Origin: Antedon mediterranea
Taxonomy: Eukaryota; Animalia; Echinodermata
Assembly: GCF_964355755.1 (NCBI RefSeq)
Contig: NC_092675.1
Location: forward strand, 19,750,912 to 19,814,911
Length of the DNA: 64,000 nt
Direction: 5' to 3'
Part shown: piece by piece, positions 1 to 11,075 of the stretch
Numbering within the stretch: position 1 is the stretch's first letter
Layout of the letters: the number at the start of each line of letters is the position of its first letter
Notes under the pieces: model-generated
Told to the model about the DNA's origin: nothing
Databases searched by the model: none
What the model saw: only the letters and a program-made list of their open reading frames with translations
Position numbers and translations under genes: made by a program

Positions 1-380
1 ACCAATGACTACTAAATATGTTGCGCATTGTACATTTTAATTCATTTTATGCATTTTATGTGTTGTGTTAACGGCACCGATATGTTCTCTTATCTGTGAG
101 ACAAGTTGTAATCTTGATCCCTAAAATGGTAAATTGTTGATTATTGTTAAAATATTGTTTGTAATGAAAAAAATGACCATTTTAAAATAAATGTTTATTG
201 AAACTAAAACTATTGAAACTAAGTACCTTTTCATTTGTAACGTTTTCAATGTGCTTTGATTGTATAAAGTATACTTTTAGTATGATTACATTTAATGTGT
301 ATTAGGCCTACAACAGGATAGCCTGTCTGTTGGTTATACAATTTTGTAGCTAAGGATTATTAATATTATGTAATTTTCAG

Positions 381-2876
381 CATACTTGTCCTACAAAGCA
401 CAGGCGACTTCAACATCAGTGGTTTATTGGAATTATGCAAGCTTTGCAACTGATGGAATAGATTATACCAATTTCGACTGTTATCATTCTAGTAAGATAC
501 TCAGTTAGTGCTACTTATCAGCAATAGCTTACTTACTAAACCAATAGTTATAATAGGGAACGTTCGATTACCGACGACCTCCCTATATCAAGTAAATCCT
601 GGACATTTGCATAGAAACCATCATAACTGTCGAGGGATTGCGCACAGTAAAGTCAATAAAACCAACTCATTACAATATTAGATACTCCGGACCCACATTA
701 TGATATAATCTACCTTCCTCCATTTTAGAATCCGCCTCCAAAAAGTATTTTTAAAACAAATGAACAATCATATCTTCTCTTATTATTAGCCTGTCATGTT
801 CTGACCTGTACCTTTTCCATATTGTTTACTCATTTTTTTAAAAATGTATTTATTTTTTTAAGGCTCGCCCATCTCAAGGTGTTTGTCTTCTTATTTCCGG
901 GCATCTGCCTTCATTTTCTGACCTATTATTATTATATTATTTGCATTGTATTTTTGCTTTCCTTTTTTGTCAGAGTTTGTAAATAAATGTTATGAAACGA
1001 AAAGCTTGAAAATAAACAAGACGTACTTTGTTGGTGGTCCGTCGCAAATCGAAAGCTTCCTGTACAAACTACGTATACATGTGTTAGTTAAATTGTAAGC
1101 TGTAATAATTGCATATCCAAAGACTGTCTTTTTATTTAAGTTTAACCTATTGTAATTATAAACTCACAGGTTATCACTATCAACCATGGATGAAAGTGGA
1201 TCTTTCACAGGAACACAAAGTCACGAGTGTGACGATCATCAATATGGTTGACCAAGGTAACAGTACCACAATTATGTTTTGCACAAAATGTGTAGCCTAT
1301 AATATAATACCAAAATCGCTAAATTTAGGTTTATAGTTGGTGAGTTTTGATTTATAAATAATTTATTTCACAAAGGACGTGTCTTTCATAAACGATTACA
1401 AGATGCTGAAGTACGAATTGGATCTGATTATTCTTACCCAAGCACATTGTGTGGATCCGTTACTGATGTCCAGACTAGCCCTATCATCGACATCATCTGT
1501 AAAGTTCCAATCATTGGTCGTTACGTAATGGTATGGTTTTCATCAAAAACGCAGTATTTGAACTTTTGTGAAATAAAAGTCTATGCGGAATATGAATATG
1601 TAACTGGTATGTCAGCCTAAAGTATCTTTAAAAACTTTATTTTAAATAGTATTAATGTTCAAAGTTACACAACAGTCTAACAAGCCAAATTCTTATTGTA
1701 TTCTAGTTACAGTAGGCCTATTGTAATTCAATTAAAGTGTTGAATCATGTAATAAACGCATTTCCAAAAGTCATCTTAATTATAATTGTGCCAGATATAA
1801 AATACAGGGTTCACATATTAACGATCTTCCATTCTTTCAGGTGATTTTCAGAGAATTCTGAATCCCATCACACTGTTTACTTTGAGTATGGCTTGTTTGT
1901 TGGAGAACTTCTACGGAAAGCTGCCAATACGACCATGTAACTATGGTAATAATGAGTGTGCAGGTGACACTTCAGAGTCGATTGAGGTTGCGACTTTAGA
2001 CCCATACTCCATCGGAATACAAACGTTGACAATCGCCTTCTATGTCTACCCGTACCAGAGTTCGATGGGCGATATTGTTGGATTATCCGAAAAAGGAACC
2101 AGTCTACGAATACAACAAACGTATTCAAATGGCAATCTATATCAATCTGAGGTAACTGTATTCTATGGAAATCAGGAACTGACTAGAGCTCATGTTCTAT
2201 TGCCTGAAGTCTGGACATTTCTTACTCTGACTTTCGATGGAATCAATCAAAACGTCAAACTCTGGAGGAATGGAGAGATTGCAAGTATTGGTTATACACA
2301 ACGTACGCATTTAGATTTCTATTTCAATGAGACAACAATCAAAATTGGGCATGATGGCTCCGAGGCACAAACTAACGTCGCGATGTTTCAAATTTATGAT
2401 AGAGTACTTGACGAATCCGAGATCAAAGCAGTACGAGATCGTTCTACTAATGGTAATAAATATAATACTTCTTAAATAATTAAATATCAATACCTCTCAT
2501 ATCTCCACCGATAGTTAACTGATAGCACTGTTTTTGTTGATGTAAATCAGTGCAAACTTGGGCTTTTGAGCTCTAAGAAGCTCCGAGTGATATTGTCTCT
2601 CTTTGTAATAATTTTTTATAATTTCTATATTAAATTTCAGGTCAAGACGGTCTTTACGAGACCCTATTAACATTAGCGGACTTTCAGGGCAAAATTCTAC
2701 ATACTGTATATTCTCGATCATTGGTTCATTGTGGTCAGATATGCAAATCAAAATGCTGTGACGTGTTCAAGTTTACAATGGCTAATAACAGTTGCACCTT
2801 GTATTCAACTCAGCAACCTCACGAAACATTTGCAGTAATAAACGGCGAACATTACAGACATGTTAACGTAATCTAA
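381..2876 (+). CDS. Secreted F-type lectin / LamG-like / PAN-like protein, copy 1 (exon 1 outside window)
   Basis: Exons 381-491, 1170-1256, 1376-1606, 1841-2452, 2641-2876. All introns are GT..AG and phase 1, and the frame is open to TAA. Differs from copies 2-4 at WNY/WDY, SIG/SSG, LS/LF, NQN/NEN and QTN/QAN. Confidence 0.85.
590..1000 (+). mobile_element. Degenerate 3' remnant of a CR1/L2-group LINE in intron 2 (present in every unit); boundaries approximate
   Basis: About 674-735 translates NIRYSGPTL*YNLPSSILES, resembling the post-RT 'Y.GP.LWN.LP' motif of CR1/L2-type ORF2. An AT-rich 3' region with AATAAA follows. Confidence 0.45.
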
Positions 2877-3019
2877 CAGATAATTGATTGAGTCATGTTT
2901 AAGAAAATATAATTGGAAAAGTAATGTTATTTTCTTGCATATAACATTGAATAGTATAATACTGTATTCATATTTATCTCATAGCTCATCAGCCTCCCAT
3001 TGGCGCGCCATACCAAATT

Positions 3020-3776
3020 TAAACTAGAAAGCCACTCCGAGTCCTACTGTAAAATTCTCATACATTAGATTTCTCCGGGAAAAATATATATATATATTTG
3101 TGTGTGTCTTAATGCTGTTTGTGATTTAGGCTAGTTTCACTACAAGCATGTGTATGCGAGTTTGGTGTTATTCATTTTGGTAAAGATCTTTTAATTACTT
3201 TTTGAGTAATCCTGCTAACAAACAAACAAACAGACAAATGAAATCACTCAGAAACTGAGTGAAGTACTTGGCAAAATATATCCACTGACTTGGAGCATGA
3301 TACATTTTTTTGCTTTAGGTATCAGCTTTACATGGTTATGTTTTAAAATTACAAATCACAAATTATAACCCTTGCCTCTTGTCCAAAAATGAGGTTTTTG
3401 GACAAGAGTAGTTCTCGAGAAAATGCAATTTCAGTTTACGTGTTGCTTTAAGATTTCTCACAGGCTTTTGAAAATGGTATTTTAACACTAGCCGGTCTGA
3501 AAATAATATCATTTGTGTTATTTGTGAAGTTATTAATACACCAATGTTGTTGATTTTCAATAAGCATGGTCTGAAAGTATATACCTATCTACACCTAAAA
3601 AATTAAGTAACGATAACTTGAAAACTGTATCGCTATCGTGCTAACAAACAAACATATATACAAACAAAGTAAATACTATACTTGGCAAAATTTCTTTTTG
3701 CCAAGAAACAAACACACGCGATCGATTACATATACCTCCTTGGCGGAAGTAAATAATGTGTCTCAACCAACGAACA
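3020..3776. mobile_element. Candidate non-autonomous Helentron-like (HINE-type) element, in every spacer; boundaries approximate
   Basis: Contains (ACAA)n tracts, a hairpin cttggcaaaa..ttttgccaag (about 3680-3705) and a terminal imperfect palindrome 'tacctccttggcggaagta'. No TIR or TSD is visible. Confidence 0.4.
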
Positions 3777-3961
3777 GTATCGCTTTGTCATCAGAAGGGC
3801 ATCAGTTGATGTGGATGCAAAGAAAGTCTTGAATAAAAATAAAAAAACACTACTTTTTATTGATAAACTAGCAGCAAAATGCTAATTGTTCACTTGGTAA
3901 TGTTGTTAGCCGTTGTAAATTTATAGGCGTAATTAACAAGTACGTCCCTTTTCGGCATTCC

Positions 3962-4215
3962 ATTATTGTTATTATTATTACTTGTATAGCGCACATTTTT
4001 ACAACATTTAATTATAATCAGCGGCGCTTCACATCAGTTAGTATCGTAACATTGTTTGAAATATAGTGCTTTTAAATGTTTTTTAAACTGATTATAGTCG
4101 TCTAAGTGTTTAATGTGACTTCGTAATCTGTTCCAAATTTTGGGTCCTGCTACGACGAACGAACGGTCAGCAAATGTCTTTCGTTTAGTTCGTGGGATTG
4201 TCAGGTTATAATTGC
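3962..4215 (-). mobile_element. 3' end of an L2-group LINE (in every spacer)
   Basis: The minus strand translates NLTIPRTKRKTFADRSFVVAGPKIWNRL(R/P)SHIKHLDDYNQFKKHLKALYF, then reads 'gcgctatacaagt' and an (AAT)n tail. This is a typical L2 ORF2 C-terminus and 3' end. Confidence 0.75.
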
Positions 4216-5269
4216 TGGTGCTTAAATAGTGTTTCTGTGCATATGTAAATAAACCTGTTAAGACAGAAAACAGAAAATTATTGACAGAGCGTATGAATAT
4301 GTATAATATTTTCTAATCGATTGTTCTTTAAATAGAGATAGATGTATTTTTTCTATTCGCAAGCATAGACCTCTTTGAATAGAAGAACGATCTATTGATT
4401 CTCATTAAAATAATAATTATATTGAATTATATATAAACAAACCAATCGCAAGCGTCGCGTCCGTTTTGTAGAAACAACAATAATTTGGTAGAGTACATTA
4501 ATTATGGGGTGTTCACTATCTAAGAGTCTATTAAACACGTGCGTCACCCATCGTGTAGCCAAAACATTTATTTATTTAAATCCCTAAATGTACAATCGCG
4601 TATTCTGTAATTTTACTCTGACTCTATTCAATTGTTGTTTGACGTTCAATATATTCACCAATTATCGTTCAACAAATTACACAAGAAACTCAAATTGCGA
4701 AAATAAAAGATCGCGAAATAGTTAAAAATGTAAAATCGCGAAAATTTAGGGCCGCGAAAATGTTGGACTTTACAATACTAAATTTATTAATATTTTAAAC
4801 CAGATTTACAGTAAATATATTCATTTATTTATATTAGTTTTCTTATTGTTTGCTTAACACAAGTAGAAAAATATAAATCAGGTTAATGATTTAAAAAACA
4901 AAACAAAAAAACTTACTTTTGAAAATAAAAGTATGTATGTAGGCCTATGTTGTCGTCGCGGATCGAAAGTTGTATCCGATATTGTCGAACCGGTTGGTGG
5001 CGTGCTTTGGTATGTAAATCTAATTTACATACCATGAGTCGGTTGTTATGATTGCGGTATGTGCGCATCCGAAGAAGACATTTTATTTTCACGAAAGAAA
5101 GATATAAACAATTTGGCTGCTTTCGTTGTAAGTAGATTGTTAATTATAATGCTAAACTGTATTGAAACTATTCTACCTTGTTCTGAACAATTTGACACTA
5201 AAAATAATTTCATATGTACAGTACAATATTTTCAAAGTTATGCGATTTGAACAGTTTGAGCCATATTGT

Positions 5270-5560
5270 GTGTCTCTCAGATTAGTGGTTGCTAAGATAT
5301 GATAAATCAAGGTCAAAGGTAAATAATGTTAGAATCCGCCATTTTTTGCAAAAACATGCCATGCATTAGACTGGATATAAAAGTGTAGTTTCTGGACAAT
5401 TTAAGCCCTAATTATCTCTGATTAGTGGTTGCTGAGATATGATAAATCAAGGTCAAAGGTCAATAATGTTAGAAATAGCACTTCCATTCATTTTTGGACA
5501 AACTTTTTCATTACAGTGAATATAAAAACATATATTCTAACGATTTTAACACCATAATTA
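5270..5560. repeat. About 140-bp tandem subrepeat carrying AGGTCAAAGGTCA (2 copies in spacers 1-2; an extra partial third copy in spacers 3-4)
   Basis: 'gattagtggttgctaagatatgataaatcaaggtcaaaggtcaataatgttagaa' occurs at about 5280 and 5420, and a degenerate echo occurs at about 5570. An additional partial copy lies at about 21905 and 30110. Confidence 0.7.
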
Positions 5561-5826
5561 AGTTTCTGTGACTAGCGGTTTCCAAGATACATAGTACATT
5601 ATTAAAAATGGCCGCCATTTTTAATTATGCAAATTAGGCTACTTTCCGTGGTCGAAAAATGTCCTAACGTTGATAAATGTGTTCAGTGAGGTCTAAAAAA
5701 CATATTTCATAAAAAAAAAACTTTTCTTGCAATTTGTGTGAGTTAAAAGTCTAAATCCCATGGACTATTGGTGTTGTTGCATTGATATAGGACAAATCCT
5801 AGTTGTATTGAATGATCTTACTCTAA

Positions 5827-7008
5827 GGTCCATTTACACTAGGACGATAACGATCGATGATAAATAGATAAACATGCATTTTTCATACATAACCATCTAT
5901 GCTTCTTTTGATGAAAATAATATTTGTACACGTCCAAAAAATGACGTCATGATAAATATGTTTATCAAATATCATCTGCAAAATGTAACAACTTGTAACA
6001 ACAATTTTCTGGAAAATCCCCTGTGAAATCTCGGGATAAAAACACACCAACAAAAGGCCTGTGTTTTTTAAATGTTCCGAGATCTTCCGAGTTTTTTTAC
6101 TGCGCGCATGTATTGCTCTGGTATTAACTAACCAATCATAGTAATCAAATAGCGCCCAACTATCCTTCCCACGAGATTTTACAAGGTTCGCCGATGCGTG
6201 TGTGGAAACATGTAATAAGTCGGCAGATTACAAGTTGTTAGAAGCTGTAATAATTTACGCAGATGGAATAACTTACCCATCAACATACATAAATCCACAG
6301 CGAAGAAAATCTTTTCCTATAATTTTAAACGCCATATTAGTTTAACTTATAAAATAATAAAGAAAAGTGAAAAATAAATACCTCTACTCATTGTAATCGA
6401 TCAACTGCCTCTGTTTGTATCTTGTGTTTCAGTATTTGTGTGTATGTTTCTGTTTGTTTTTGTTGTGTTACTGCATACAGTATATGTATGAAACATAATG
6501 TATGAAAGAGCATTATTAATAATATCTACGGCTTGCCCAACACAAGTTTCTCTTGGGTTTTAGTCGCGTGCAACGCGACCCTACAGCTCACTATGTCGGT
6601 CGGTAGGTCGGTCGGTTGGTCGGTCGGTCGGTAAACACTAACTTGAGCACGCGACTGCAACCATGAATATGGCCGTGTTCCTTTTGATTTTACTTTTTGG
6701 GACCTTGCCACTTTAAAAAATGAATACTATTTTTTTTTAAACACTTCTTTCTTTTCCTGTCTGTTTAATTTCATAAAATATTTGTAAATTAAAAGAAATG
6801 TTCTTTTTTTATTGTTAGTTTGTTTTGAAAGAAATAAATGTTAACTTGACTTGACCTGAGATGTGAAAAGGGTATTAGACAGCATAGATGGTTATCCTAT
6901 AGTTCTAGCACAAAAACGTTTCTAATTTCTTTTGTTTTATCCAAGACAAAAGTAGGCCTATGTTTATCTTTTTATTGTCGATCATTATCGCCCTAGTGTA
7001 AATGGGCC
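5827..7008. mobile_element. About 1.18-kb non-autonomous TIR DNA transposon (also 14340-15521, 22528-23730, 30733-31924)
   Basis: Left end ggtccatttacactaggacgataacgatcga is an imperfect inverted repeat of right end tcgatcattatcgccctagtgtaaatgggcc. Flanks are ctaa and ttaa. Superfamily is unresolved (Kolobok-like TTAA or Harbinger-like TWA). No transposase ORF. Confidence 0.75.
6558..6685. mobile_element. Short HINE/DINE-1-like element nested in the 1.18-kb TIR element
   Basis: Starts in a T-run with hairpin gtcgcgt-gca-acgcgac, followed by a (GGTC)n microsatellite and the subterminal inverted copy gcacgcgact. The microsatellite is shorter in units 3-4. Confidence 0.55.
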
Positions 7009-7261
7009 TTAAAGCTATATGTTATATTTTATCCATATAGTTACTTAATTTACTTAATTGTTGGAATATGCTGATAATGATTTCACTTTTCAGTAATAGT
7101 TTCAGTAGAAGTTGATTATAATCATTGAATATTATGCAATGATAGTGTTCATTACGAATGGTGATAATTATCGTAACATTTAATGTCGATGTTTAAATGT
7201 ATGATTGAACGAAGATAAGTAAATATAATTATTGTGGAAACTCATTTCGGCATACATCTAG

Positions 7262-7504
7262 GGCCGTGTTTCCGCAGCCAGAAATTAATCGATAAAAATT
7301 AACCGATGAACTGGGGTTTAACCGATTCCACTCGAGAAAAATTAAGCGATAATCTATCATGCAAATCGGATAATTATCGGATAAATGCGATACTTTTTAA
7401 CCTTTGACCTGAGGACACATTTTTGTTTGGTAGTGACTGATCATGCGCACTTATTGGTAAACAATTTTATCGGATAATTTTGTTTTGGCTGCCGAAACAC
7501 GGCC
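7262..7504. mobile_element. 243-bp MITE (PIF/Harbinger-like), also at 15778-16020, 23984-24226, 32178-32420
   Basis: 19-bp TIR ggccgtgtttccgcagcca / tggctgccgaaacacggcc with one mismatch. Flanked by TAG on both sides (3-bp TSD). Ends 430 bp upstream of the lectin ATG. Confidence 0.85.
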
Positions 7505-7933
7505 TAGTGGACATTACGCGCCGAAATCTGGGGTTTGAAACCATCCAGATTCTCAAACCGTACGTAATAAGAATGGATAAATGCGAACAAACAGAGTTTG
7601 TATTCGTGAAACGACTGTACCATCTACGAATTGTAAAAGAGGTACCAAATTAATTAAAACATACATTTACTAACGTTTACTAAGAACATAACATTTTATG
7701 AACAAAATATACTACTTTATTGTAGGCCTGTGTAAAAAAATGTCCCCACTCGTTAACCACATAATTTCACTGGTACAGTAGTCATGGATATTTGCAAACA
7801 TATTTTTTATAACTGTATTTATGTGTTGTGTAGTTATGGTTACTTGTAATAAGCGGTTTTAATAATTGCAACTTTTTTATTAACTACGAAAAACACATCA
7901 ACGTTTATCATTTCGAAAGGCAAGACTGTAACA

Positions 7934-10900
7934 ATGCTGTTGCTTCTTGCTGTTGCCTTTGTTTATTTGATATCTGGCACGGACACTTGTAAGTTGTTTG
8001 TATATAATTAGAATAGATGGTAAATCATAAATTGTATGTTCCATTTTGTTAAACTTAGAAAAGGCCAGTTTTTTATTGCTTATTTAGCACCAACGTATTG
8101 GAATAATCTGGATACAACTACCGTGATTCGTTTAAATACTGTAAGCTCATTTAGAATGCATATGAAAACCTTTTATTTCTCTAGCTATCAAACCAATGAC
8201 TACTAAATATGTTGCGCATTGTACATTTTAATTCATTTTATGCATTTTATGTGTTGTGTTAACGGCACCGATATGTTCTCTTATCTGTGAGACAAGTTGT
8301 AATCTTGATCCCTAAAATGGTAAATTGTTGATTATTGTTAAAATATTGTTTGTAATGAAAAAAATGACCATTTTAAAATAAATGTTTATTGAAACTAAAA
8401 CTATTGAAACTAAGTACCTTTTCATTTGTAACGTTTTCAATGTGCTTTGATTGTATAAAGTATACTTTTAGTATGATTACATTTAATGTGTATTAGGCCT
8501 ACAACAGGATAGCCTTTCTGTTGGTTATAGGCCTACAATTTTGTAGCTAAGGATTATTAATATTATGTAATTTTCAGCATACTTGTCCTACAAAGCACAG
8601 GCGACTTCAACATCAGTGGTTTATTGGGATTATGCAAGCTTTGCAACTGATGGAATAGATTATACCAATTTCGACTGTTATCATTCTAGTAAGATACTCA
8701 GTTAGTGCTACTTATCAGCAATAGCTTACTTACTAAACCAATAGTTATAATAGGGAACGTTCGATTACCGACGACCTCCCTATTTCAAGTAAATCCTGGA
8801 CATTTGCATAGAAACCATCATAACTGTCGAGGGATTGCGCACAGTAAAGTCAATAAAACCAACTCATTACAATATTAGATACTCCGGACCCACATTATGA
8901 TATAATCTACCTTCCTTCATTTTAGAATCCGCCTCCAAAAAGTATTTTTAAAACAAATGAACAATCATATCTTCTCTTATTATTAGCCTGTCATGTTCTG
9001 ACCTGTACCTTTTCCATATTGTTTACTCATTTTTTTTTAAATGTATTTATTTTTTTAAGGCTCGCCGCCCATCTCAAGGTGTTTGTCTTCTTATTTCCGG
9101 GCATCTGCCTTCATTCTCTAACCTATTATCATTATATTATTTGCATTGTATTTTTCCTTTCTTTTTTTGTCAGAGTTTGTAAATAAATGTTATGAAACGA
9201 AAAGCTTGAAAATAAACAAGACGTACTTTGTTGGTTGTCGGTCGCAAATCGAAAGCTTCCTGTACAAACTACGTATACATGTGTTAGTTAAATTGTAAGC
9301 TGTAATAATTGCATATCCAAAAACTGTCTTTTTATTTAAATTTAACCTATTGTAATTATAAACTCACAGGTTATCACTATCAACCATGGATGAAAGTGGA
9401 TCTTTCACAGGAACACAAAGTCACGAGTGTGACGATCATCAATATGGTTGACCAAGGTAACAGTACCACAATTATGTTTTGCACAAAATGTGTAGCCTAT
9501 AATATAATATCAAAATCGCTAAATTTAGGTTTATATTTGGTGAGTTTTGATTTATAAATAATTTATTTCACAAAGGACGTGTCTTTCATAAACGATTACA
9601 AGATGCTGAAGTACGAATTGGATCTGATTATTCTTACCCAAGCACATTGTGTGGATCCGTTACTGATGTCCAGACTAGCCCTATCATCGACATCATCTGT
9701 AAAGTTCCAATCATTGGTCGTTACGTAATGGTATGGTTTTCATCAAAAACGCAGTATTTGAACTTTTGTGAAATAAAAGTCTATGCGGAATATGAATATG
9801 TAACTGGTATGTCAGCCTAAAGTATCTTTCAAAACTTTATTTTAAATAGTATTAATGTTCAAAGTTACATAACAGTCTAACAAGCCACATTCTTATTGTA
9901 TTCTAGTTACAGTAGGCCTATTGTAATTCAATTAAAGTTTTGAACCATGTAATAAACGCATTTACAAAAGTCATCTTAATCATAATTGTGCCAGATATAA
10001 AATACAGGGTTCACATATTAACGATCTTCCATTACTTTCAGGTGATTTTCAGAGAATTCTGAATCCCATCACACTGTTTACTTTGAGTATGGCTTGTTTG
10101 TTGGAAAACTTCTACGGAAAGCTGCCAATACGACCATGTAACTATGGTAATAATGAGTGTGCAGGTGACACTTCAGAGTCGATTGAGGTTGCGACTTTAG
10201 ACCCATACTCCAGCGGAATACAAACGTTGACAATCGCCTTCTATGTCTACCCGTACCAGAGTTCGATGGGCGATATTGTTGGATTATTCGAAAAAGGAAC
10301 CAGTCTACGAATACAACAAACGTATTCAAATGGCAATCTATATCAATCTGAGGTAACTGTATTCTATGGAAATCAGGAACTGACTAGAGCTCATGTTCTA
10401 TTGCCTGAAGTCTGGACATTTCTTACTCTGACTTTCGATGGAATCAATGAAAACGTCAAACTCTGGAGGAATGGAGAGATTGCAAGTATTGGTTATACAC
10501 AACGTACGCATTTAGATTTCTATTTCAATGAGACAACAATCAAAATTGGACATGATGGCTCCGAGGCACAAGCTAACGTGGCGATGTTTCAAATTTATGA
10601 TAGAGTACTTGACGAATCCGAGATCAAAGCAGTACGAGATCGTTCTACTAATGGTAATAAATATAATACTTCTTAAATAATTAAATATCAATACCTCTCA
10701 TATCTCCACCGATAGTTAACTGATAGCACTGTTTTTGTTGATGTAAATCAGTGCAAACTTGGGCTTTTGAGCTCTAAGCTCCGAGTGATATTGTCTCTCT
10801 TTGTAATAATTTTTTTATAATTTCTATATTAAATTTCAGGTCAAGACGGTCTTTACGAGACCCTGTTAACATTAGCGGACTTTCAGGGCAAAATTCTACA

Positions 10901-11075
10901 TACTGTATATTCTCGATCATTGGTTCATTGTGGTCAGATATGCAAATCAAAATGCTGTGACGTGTTCAAGTTTACAATGGCTAATAACAGTTGCACCTTG
11001 TATTCAACTCAGCAACCTCACGAAACATTTGCAGTAATAAACGGCGAACATTACAGACATGTTAACGTAATCTAA
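7934..11075 (+). CDS. Secreted F-type lectin (fucolectin fold) / LamG-pentraxin-like / PAN-apple-like protein, copy 2, 443 aa
   Basis: Exons 7934-7988 (MLLLLAVAFVYLISGTDT, signal peptide), 8578-8688, 9370-9456, 9576-9806, 10042-10653, 10840-11075; 1332 nt in total, all introns phase 1. F-lectin hallmarks: ATDG..CYHS..PWMKVDL..RLQDAEVRIG..C..C..GRYV..LNFCEIKVY. LamG-like: TIAFYVYP..WTFLTLTFDG..LWRNG..IKIG..FQIYDRVLDESEI. PAN-like: HCGQICKSKCCDVFKF..SCTLY. Confidence 0.9.
8037..8235 (+). mobile_element. CR1/L2-group LINE 3' remnant in intron 1 (every unit)
   Basis: Translates GQFFIAYLAPTYWNNLDTTTVIRLNTVSSFRMHMKTF (ORF 32967-33161 in unit 5), matching the 'AP..WN.L....SF...K' post-RT motif. Confidence 0.5.

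Noticed and set aside
1877-2128. Antisense 83-aa ORF repeated in each unit, and other short spacer ORFs (5059, 6526, 3638 and so on)
   Set aside because: They recur only because the unit is duplicated. They overlap the LamG exon or TE remnants and show no domain signal.
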